Origin: Chrysomallon squamiferum
Lineage: Eukaryota > Animalia > Mollusca
DNA length: 64,000 bases
Assembly: GCA_012295275.1 (NCBI GenBank)
Contig: CM022672.1
Location: forward strand, 29,264,001-29,328,000
Direction of reading: 5' to 3'
The translations under genes and the position numbers were made by a program. The notes beneath the pieces are model-generated. The model worked only from the letters and a program-made list of their open reading frames with translations, had not been told where the DNA came from and did no database searches. Below are positions 54,200 to 64,000 of the stretch, piece after piece. The stretch's first letter is position 1; the number at the start of each line of letters is the position of its first letter.

Positions 54200-57005
54200 A
54201 CCTGATAACTACCATGTATATTATATAAAAAAAAAAAAAAAAAAAAATTAATTACTTCAAGTTATTGTATTTGCTGCGTATACCAAATATAGAAAATAAA
54301 GCCAGTGCCCGAGGCAAGTGAGAACGGTTGTTTGGAAGATTTATTCGTCTCTGAACAAAACTGTGTTGATAATATGACGTAATGCGATATATCATTGAAT
54401 GTTGTTACTGTTATTCAGACAATGTGATGTTTGCTTTTATCGCTCAAAGTGAATAATATTAATTAAAATGTTGATGCCTATGATACTGTGTTTTGTTTTT
54501 GTTTTTACTTTTTCTTCTTCTTCTTCATCATCACCTTATTTATTTATTCTTTACACACATACACGCACACACTCACACAAACATGCACACACGGACACAC
54601 ACGCATATAAATACATATATACATGGACAATATCTTAAGGGTAAAAAGACTACTGTAAAGTGGTAGTAATATTAAATTTAATTCTTTCCTTCTGTTTGTC
54701 TGCCTCTCTTTCACCATCCACAAACTCGAATTTTACACGTAAAACCCCGCAGTGGTGTACCAGTTTTCCTCCTGTCTGTGTAGTTGCTTCATTTTCAAAA
54801 AGCAAGATGTAGCAAAATGTGACTTTAAAAATTAGTAAAACGTCACTACTAATAACTTAGTAAATAACACAGTTGGTATTGGAATAGTCCTTCGTAATAA
54901 AACCGGATGACTTCGTGAGAATTCTGTGCTAATATTACTCCATGTATATTTTGATAAATCTTGACTTTTGAACTTTCGCAGTTATGTTAGATTTCTCTGT
55001 CAGAGTGTTTTGTACTACAAATCATTCAAGATATTTAGGCAATAACTGTCTTCCTTCTGATTTTTTTTTTTTTTTTTTTTTTTTTCATATATTTATTTAT
55101 ATATTTATTTATTTTGCTTTAACTGAACAATCAAGGACAATGGGATAGATAACCTTTCTCTGAAAAAAATTAAACGGCAATTATATTGATAATCAAGAGA
55201 CAGAAATAAGAAAATCAACATAAAAAAAGCAACAAAAGAAGAAAAAATGCTCTGCTATTATCATCATCATCATCATCATTATTGTTATTATCATTACTAT
55301 TATTATTATTATTATTATTATTAGTGGTAGTAGTAGTAGTAGTAGTTGTTGTTGTTGTTGTTATGGTTCGCAAACTGGAATATTCTTGATACTATCTGGG
55401 TATAAGTGTTATGATATGTTCCGACAGATTTTGCCGTAAGTCACATACGCTGCTATTAACCTCGCGTTTTACAAAGAAATGAGTCTTTGGTCAGCGGTGT
55501 ATTTCTATTTACGACTCGGTAAAGGTGAGGGTTTCAGTTTGTGTCATGTATGGACAAGCAGTAGAAATGTTCCTGTAGAAACAAGATATTAATATTAAGA
55601 TTTATAGACCAAAATATTTTGTATAGACCTCTGATTTCTGAAGAGGAGATATTCTGGCATGTTCTAGCAAGCCTAGCAAGCCCAGTTTTCTTTCTAATTC
55701 ATCTTTCAACCATCTTGCAAATGACTATCTAAGATCAGGGTATTCGTTTTCTATTAATTGTATGAAAAAAAAAAATGTTTATTTTGAATATACTGAATTT
55801 TTCCCCTCATTATAGATAACTGTTCTTGATGTTGTTAAACTGCGTATATATGAAACGTAAACCTGTTTTTGATCTCATACGAACATTTATTTGACTTACT
55901 GTTTTTCTTATGTCGTTTCTTTGAAGCAAAACAATTTCTCTGTCATCTTGTTTGTTTCCTTATTTATTTATTTATCTATCTATCTTTCTTTCTTTTATAT
56001 TTTTTCTGATTTCCATTACTTTCCTTTTCTTTTCTCTGTTTTTAAGTTTATTTGTTGTTTTTATTTTTTATCTTTCTTTATTTTTTTTTTTTTTGTTGAT
56101 GATCCGTTATAGTTTTTTTTAATTATTGTTATACTGTCATTTTCAGTACGTTCATGTCAAACTGTTATTTCTGACTACTTTTGATACATTTGGAACTACA
56201 TTCGAAAAGTGTGGTACATTTAGGCTATTTGCTTTTAAGTCTGTGTTTTATACACTAGTCATAACTTTCTGTTATTTAAAATCTTCAGTAATATTTATGT
56301 AACTGGTTAACATCTGTAGAAGATTCGTGCGTTGGTTACTAACTTGCTTCAAATCTGTTTGTGCTGCTTTTGCTATTTTAATTGAAGACGGCAATGAAGT
56401 CCATATCATGATTCAACAAACGCAATTATTAATATTAATATTTAAACTGTTGATTTGGTACGTTTTAGCTTTTGGTACAGTTGCTAAACACACGGTCAGC
56501 CTGGTATTGAGTGAATGTGACAAACTAGCAGAACTCAGTCGTGATGAACCAGTGTCACAAGTCACTGTGTTTAATTTAGTTTGGTCTGAGATCGACTTTA
56601 CAGAATCTGGAGGAGAAAAAAAAATAGTAAAAATAATATATACAGTTTCAGAGTAAGTCTGTGAAATAAAATTTACATTGCCTTCATCTAGATAAAGTTT
56701 ATATAATATTAACAATTTTTCAGTTAAATAATTTACCAGTTTAGATCCTGTAACGGATATAAAACTAAATAATAATAACAAAATAATAATTAAAAACCCA
56801 ATAATAATAACAATAATAATAATAATAATAATAATAAAACTAATAAATAAATAAAGAAAAACAAAAAGAAAAAACAACACAACAAACAAACAAACCAAAA
56901 CGTATGATCGTCTTGTGTTCATTTTTCAAAAACTGGTCTAAGGGAAGTAACTGGTGGAAACACGTTATAAATAAATTGGGTTAAATACATTGATAGACTG
57001 AGTCG

Positions 57006-57084
<79 letters not shown>

Positions 57085-57475
57085 TGTATGTGTGTCTATC
57101 TCTGCCTTACATAAAATTAGAACTTAATAATAATAATAATAATAATAATGAAATTGATGTTGATGATGATGATAATAAAATTTACACCGAAAATTCAGCA
57201 CTTTAGAAGACCGTGACTGTAACAAATTAGAATTTTTGTTAAGAAAGCAAAAACTAAAATTTTAGAAACGTTAGATAAAAAAATGTCCTCCCGCAGTAAT
57301 CACTGAGATTAAAAACCCCGCAGACACCCACAAAATTATAAAAATATCCACAAGAGAAGAGACAACAGAATTAACAAGAAGCCACACAAATTGTCATGAA
57401 AACTTACAAATACAATGAAACAAGTCGTACAGATTCTGTACTACTTAACATATGTTAGAACAAAATAACAACAAT

Positions 57476-57511
<36 letters not shown>

Positions 57512-59167
57512 AATAATAATAATAATAACAACAATAATAATAATAGTAATAATAATAATAATGATACTACTACTGCTACTACTACTAATAATAATAATGT
57601 GAATTCTGGTGCATTCTGCTCGTTGTGTCAATGTGACTAATAATATTTTGGCCAATGCCAGACTACCGATGTATCAAAAAGGCGTGAGAAAGTCTATTTA
57701 GAGAAGAGTAACCCATGAAATAATAGTATAATAATAATAATAATAAATAAAACAATTAAATAAATAAGAATTGTTATAAAATAAAATGCAAGTAAATATC
57801 ATTTGTCTAGTAGATCTAATAATGACTGCTATTTATGGTAATTGAGTAAACAGCGAGACACAAGAAGAACAAGAAGAAGAAGAAAGAAAGAAAGAAAAGA
57901 GAGAAAGAAAGAAAAAGAAAGGAAATAGTAAATAAAAAGATATATGGGCTTTTTAAGAATCCTCTATTACGTTTATTAATCTTTACTTCTCATTCATAAT
58001 AGTTAACCATCCTAACCCTTCTACGTCATCGTACGTGAAACAAAACGTCTGGTTTCTACAAGAAAACAAAAATCTACTCTAGAAGTATTAAGTACAAACT
58101 GAGTGGTCACCGTTATTCATGGTCACGTGAACCTAACGTAAGCTAAAGTCAAAACGTCGACAGCAATTTCCTTATCGGTGAGAATTAGCAAGAGGTTAAT
58201 TTTCAGCAGCAATTACGACTTTTACTGCAGTAGCGTATTCCCTGCACGATCAGTGTATCTGATTGCCAGCTCTTTGATTATTGCTACAGTTTTCGAGTGG
58301 CTCTCGAACCGAGGGCCGTACGCAGAGTTGTTCCATGGATCGCGGAATTGCTTAATTTCGAGAAAGATTTCTGTGAAGGGAGACGATGTTTTAGAGGAAT
58401 TGAGACTGGACGGTTGGGTGTTCGAATCCCTGATATACCAGTGGATTGAGTATTGAGATGTAATCATCAGATATAATAAAAAATATCTCTATGCTCTGTT
58501 TAATTTTTCCATCAAAAAAATACTAAACTCACACACACACACACACACACGCACGCACACACACACACACACATATATAACTTTAACTATTAATTATAAT
58601 ATACATCGATTACCACCGCACACAACAAACATGCAATTTCTGAAATATCTTAGACGTATTGGCTATTTGACATAAGTATAAAAGTAAATGTGTCTCCATA
58701 ACCACATGACAGCATCTTGTTGTTGTATTAACCTTTGGTTGAACACCAAGAGTGAGGGCGTTTTTCGTGCTGGAGAGTCGTTAAACACTCACTCACGTGT
58801 CGCTTTTCATTAAGCATTTTGTCCATGAGCGAAATATCACAAAATATTTATTTGTTTGTTTGTGTATTTTTGTTTATTTGTTTGTTTATTTATTCATTTA
58901 TTTATTTTAGCGCTGAAATCGAGCTGAAGATGCAATTGTGTTTCTTGTTGCTTTATTGTCACTCACTGAACTTCTGAGAGAAATTTAAAAGATCGATCCT
59001 TCTCTGGGAGCTAGTTTTTATATTTACTGTTTTCCATTTGAGGACAAAGACTGGATTAATGACAACCACTGTTATTTGAACTTTTATTTTTTATCATTAT
59101 AAAGGTACACAATGGCAGAAGATTTCTTGGCCTGGGCGAATACTATTTTCAAGAAGATACATAAACT

Positions 59168-59200
<33 letters not shown>

Positions 59201-59759
59201 ATGTTAGACATCCAAAACAGTAAAAAATCGACTGTGTTGAACTGTCGTTAATAATTATTCATTTATTCCGTCATGTTGCCGCAAGAGAGTGGTCGACTTC
59301 AGGTTGGTGTCGGCAACAGAAAGGACAGAAGTTAAACTGTAATTAAAAGACAAATCACCCCTCTGAGATCATGGAAGATTAATGTTCGTCTGCTGTTATC
59401 TCGAGAAGAGCCAGGCATATAATAATTTTAGATTACTCACTGAAACCTGTCTTCTGTTTGCTGGAAGTACACAGCAGTCAGGATGTCTTTGTTAGTGATA
59501 TTCATTTCAATATTGTTTACAATGTGCCTTCTATTACAGCTATTTATTTATTTATTTATTTATACTATCTAATTTTCTTTTCAGAATATGGTTTGTTCAT
59601 TAGAATATTTATTTTTTCTTCTTTTTCTTTTATAGCTACTACTGCTGCTGCTATAGCTACATTAATTTTTTTCTTTTTAGTTTTGTATTATTATTATTAT
59701 TATTAGTTTTTGTAATAGTTTTAATAATTTTGTTTGCGTGTGTTTTCGTTATTATTATT

Positions 59760-59791
<32 letters not shown>

Positions 59792-60601
59792 CATTATTTG
59801 TAAAAGTAAAATTAATACGAAAAGCAGCTACATCCTTGTACTTTTATATCAGAGAGGACTGCCACCTATCAAAGAAGTGTTTTAATTTTCATAATGAACA
59901 TGAAATAACTTTTAAAACGCTGTACTTCATACTAAATAGTTACAAATGATTAACCAAAACCATTTGTGATCCTGCATACCGAATTAGAGATCAAATCGTA
60001 AAAATCGATCTCTCACTAAAGTTACAGCTTCTCGATTTTCAGATCTGAAAGATAAGACTACAAAAATACACTACAGAAAGAAGAAAAAAGAATTTATGAA
60101 TTTATAATGCTGCAGTCTTTTGATGAATTATTTTTAAAGAAGTTATCAAGTTAGTCAGACATTTCTGTTATTCAGTTTGTTGTATTTTTGGCAAGCTGTG
60201 GAGAACGGAGTGGAATTACATTAAAGGTTATGATAAAAGTAGCCTCTCCCTCCGATTTCTACTTAATCCGTGGTTCGAGGTGCAGAGTAACTAACAGTCG
60301 GATCATTACCAAACGTGATTAGTGCACTCTACGATCACTTCTTCCCATTACTGAATATCCCGAGATTATATTTCACCTTCTTGTATTTTTGTAAGAATTT
60401 TTATATTTTATTTTTTTTTTTTTTTCTTTGTAGTTGTACTTCTGTCTGAAACTCAGTTATTATTTATTTATTTATATTTACTTTTTAAAAAAAGGCTTCT
60501 GCTTTAACTACACTAACAAATCAAATCGGTATGTATATATTTACGAGTGTTTATGCTTTTTTGCTGTGAATTCGTGTGTCTGTGTGTATCAGTGTCTGTG
60601 A

Positions 60602-60706
<105 letters not shown>

Positions 60707-61865
60707 CGCATACGTGAATTTTGTAAAAGGTATCCTAGTAATTTAAGACTTCTTATACACAGCACATTAACTCAGAAATACCATATATAGACTCAAATAC
60801 TGCTTCAACACATTTAGCATTCGAGAAACTGTTATCAAATCAAGCAGGCAGGTGAAAGATAGGTTTTTATTTCAGTGTTGTAATCCAGGTTCATTTTAAC
60901 ATATGTACGATTTACATGAACAGCTTTGTCAATCATTTATCCAGTGTTAAAAACATATAAATTCGAAAAGAACAATGCAACATACAACTTTGAGATCCGT
61001 TTCTAAGACAACTTTTAACATCAATTTTAAATATATGAACAAAATATGCAGTTTAAAAATAAATAAGTTTAATTTCTTTACGGTGAAGAGATCACAATAC
61101 GAACTGAAAGTTTTGGCTTTGTATCTTACACAAAAGTAGGTTTTTTTTTGACATACTCCCTTTATTAACTCTTTTATAATGACAGTAACTTTGGTATGTT
61201 AGATAAAATTACTACTACTACTAGTAATAATAATAAGAAGAAGTAATATACCACTTTCAATAAATATTAGAAAACGAGAAACGTAAACGTAAACTAAAAT
61301 AACCTAAATAAAAAATAAATAAATACAAAATTAAATTAAATTAACTAAGTAAGTAAATAAATAATGAATAAATAATGAATAATTAATGGAAACATAGCTA
61401 TTAATCTACATTAGCTAACATATATACAAGTTATCTATAAAGTAAAGTTAATTTTTTCTTTTATTTAAATTCAGTTATAAAATTATTTCTATTATCGAGG
61501 CTCTGTGACGTACAATTTAAGGAGCACTATTAAAGTCGACATATAAACAAAACCTCTATCCTGAATTTATCATTAATTGAATACTATATAAACATATTAA
61601 TAACTGAAAATATTTTCCCTGTCATTTAAATAACCTGGAATAAATCAGATTTAATTTGACCCATCTATAACAGAATGAGAAATTCAGAAACAGGGGGAGA
61701 GAACTCAAGTACCAAATATTTGCTTTTATTGGCAAGTTATGATGAATACGTTGAAAAGAGTGGACGATTAATGCTGCATGTTAATTGAACTGCATTTTTA
61801 ACGAAGCTCATAAATCAAAAATAAAATATACAGAATGCTTTACAGAGGATGAACAGTTAATATTA

Positions 61866-61975
<110 letters not shown>

Positions 61976-62094
61976 GATCAACATTGTACATTCGTAGCTG
62001 AAAATATCCTAATTTGTGAAAATATTATGTCCACTTATAACAGAACATTTCTGCCAGTTTTCTAGTTAATCATTATAATTTAGTGCCGAATTTC

Positions 62095-62270
62095 AAACTG
62101 ACATATTGGCTGCCAAATTTCTAAAAATTCACTTACTGACTGCAACTTTTCGAAGAATTCACTAACTGACTGCAACTTTTCGAAGAATTCACTAATTGAT
62201 TGCCAACTTTCTAATAATTCACTCAAAGACTGCAACTTTTCAAAAATTAACTCAGAATTTTCGAAGAAGT
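62095..62270. repeat. Minisatellite, 30-bp unit, ~5 copies, in the probable 3' UTR of the minus-strand gene
   Basis: Unit CACTAACTGACTGCAACTTTTCGAAGAATT; two near-identical central copies with degenerate flanks. Confidence 0.85.
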
Positions 62271-62449
62271 CTCCTGTTGAATGATATACCCCCAAAAATC
62301 ACAACTTTCCAACACTTATTTCTACAACGGCATCCATTAGAAGTTATTTGTGTATTAACGAACATCGGATTTATCAGTGACTCGCTAGCAGTTTCACAAA
62401 CAGAAGATAAAATAACATCTGTACACAGGTAAATGACTGGTTCTCTACA

Positions 62450-63259
62450 TTAAAGGGGCGGGAGTTCGATGTGACTCCTAGACTTCAGTCGATCTGCTCT
62501 GGTAATTTTCAGTCCCTGCAACCACCTTTCACATTTATCATTGCTCTCCTCCTCCGTGGGGTGGTGGTAGTGCTGGTTGTTGCTGATGCGGGAGTAGTCG
62601 TCGCCGGGGTCGCTGAAACGATCGACGTCGTTCGCCGCAGCCGGCTGTTTACTAAAGCACTTGAAATTACGTTCATTGAAATCCTCCAGTCGGAGCAGAG
62701 CATCGTCCCTGAGCGCAGGCTGGAGAGACACAAACACCTCCTGGCCGAGGCTTTCTCCCGAAGACGTGCGGTGGCAGGCGGGATACTCTCGCTTGTTACG
62801 TCTCGATAACACAGGAGTCGAACCAGGAGACTCGCGGTTCGAGTCCTTTAAAGACGGGTGACTGTGTTTACTTCCTGGTGTTGACGGTGGCGTTGGTGTC
62901 TCAGACCGAACGCCGCAGTCGTCTAAAAGCAGACGATTTCCTGTCCGTGGAGAAGTGAGATTTGTAGTTGGGACTCGAACGGTAATTTCTCCTTCCACTG
63001 GGATGTCACACACTGGGGACACTTCTTCTTGGGGCGGTATCAGCTGGGGACATGATCTGTATCTTGAGAGTGAGCAAGTTGACGGTCGCCTTGAGCCGCC
63101 GCCACCGCCTTCGTTCAACAAGTCCTCGTCTTCGTCAGGATCGAGAAGCTCGAGTCGAAGCGAGGACTTTCTGCGGCCAGTGTTTGGGATGTTCTGGGTG
63201 AGACTCTGTAACTTCTCACAGGGCAGAATCGATTCTGAGGCTGGTTTAAGCGTATCCAT
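62450..63259 (-). CDS. Uncharacterised Ser/Pro-rich, likely intrinsically disordered protein; terminal (possibly only) coding exon, 269 aa
   Basis: 810-nt GC-rich ORF in an AT-rich background, starting immediately after an atatttttcag| acceptor (63260). No globular domain recognised. Upstream exons probably lie outside the window. Confidence 0.85.
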   Translation of the reverse strand: MDTLKPASESILPCEKLQSLTQNIPNTGRRKSSLRLELLDPDEDEDLLNEGGGGGSRRPSTCSLSRYRSCPQLIPPQEEVSPVCDIPVEGEITVRVPTTNLTSPRTGNRLLLDDCGVRSETPTPPSTPGSKHSHPSLKDSNRESPGSTPVLSRRNKREYPACHRTSSGESLGQEVFVSLQPALRDDALLRLEDFNERNFKCFSKQPAAANDVDRFSDPGDDYSRISNNQHYHHPTEEESNDKCERWLQGLKITRADRLKSRSHIELPPL

Positions 63260-64000
63260 CTGAAAAATATAGAAATGTAAAAATGTTCATCAGATACATT
63301 GTCCAAATTCAGTCCTAGATACAGGTAATATAGCTTGAATACTACATCAAAGATGTTGGCTTCATTATTATAAAACAAAAAGATATTTGACCGAAGACCT
63401 GAAGTCCTTAAGTAAAATATATTAAATCTCTTTGTTTCAGTTTTAAATAAGTAGCTTATCTGATTACTACTGTTAAGTATAACAAGCTTTTGAATTAGAT
63501 AGATAAACAGAGGTAGTAGTAGTGGTAGTAGTAGTAGTAGTAGCAGTAGTAGTAGTAGTGGTAGAAGCAGCGGCAATGGCCACAACAGCTGCCTTAGTAG
63601 TAACAGTAATAACGGTAGTAGTGGTACTGTGGTTATTGTTGCTGGTAGTAGTATTAAAAACAGTTATAGTAGCAAGGTTGTTGCAGTAGCAGAACCAAGC
63701 AGCTGCTGTAGTACTAACAGTAGTAGTTGTTGTAGTAGTTGTAGTAGTTGAAGAAGTAATAGCAGATTTTGTGCTAAATCAGCATACATAAAACTGAAAA
63801 TTTACACCGAGAGAGAACGACTGATGGCTCGACATAAATTACTGCAGCCGATGCATTTAGATGTAAGATTCAAAATGTCAAACCTACACACAAATCCACA
63901 CGCACGCACGCACACTCTCTCATATCTTTATACGCACCACGGCAGTATAAAGTCAAGTAGAACGACAGATGCATCTGACATCAGTTGTGGTACTCCAAAG

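Noticed and set aside
58400-58435. B-box-like GTTCGAATCC (tRNA?)
   Set aside because: No A box or stems upstream.
62080-62452. Stop-codon readthrough from the 269-aa ORF into the repeat ORF
   Set aside because: The stop is TAA and the downstream ORF is in a different frame (offset 157 nt).

Overview
Eukaryotic (animal) genomic DNA: AT-rich, spliceosomal GT-AG introns, and dense (AG)n, (AC)n, (AAT)n and (TAC)n microsatellites. Degenerate SINE, MITE and Helitron remnants resemble those of molluscs, so a gastropod source is inferred but not proven. Almost all short ORFs in the track are microsatellite artefacts. Five protein-coding genes are supported. Three are divergent GT31 beta-1,3-galactosyltransferase-like paralogues (+ 5133-6445, - 15727-12962, + 19811-21544); each has small upstream coding exons and a phase-2 intron just before the transmembrane helix. 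The fourth is a complete 7-coding-exon CHST15 (GalNAc4S-6ST)-like sulfotransferase (+ 42826-53524, 523 aa), reconstructed by hand. The fifth is the terminal coding exon of an uncharacterised disordered Ser/Pro-rich protein (- 63259-62450). The best candidate for something new is a four-gene run of Golgi glycan-modifying enzymes (3 glycosyltransferases plus a sulfotransferase) in which two glycosyltransferases appear to have lost the metal-binding C-terminal His. Other points of interest are a TGATG-coupled uORF on the sulfotransferase, a recursive-splice-like AG|GTAAG last exon, and motif-bearing minisatellites in the divergent promoter. There is no CRISPR array, rRNA or convincing tRNA.
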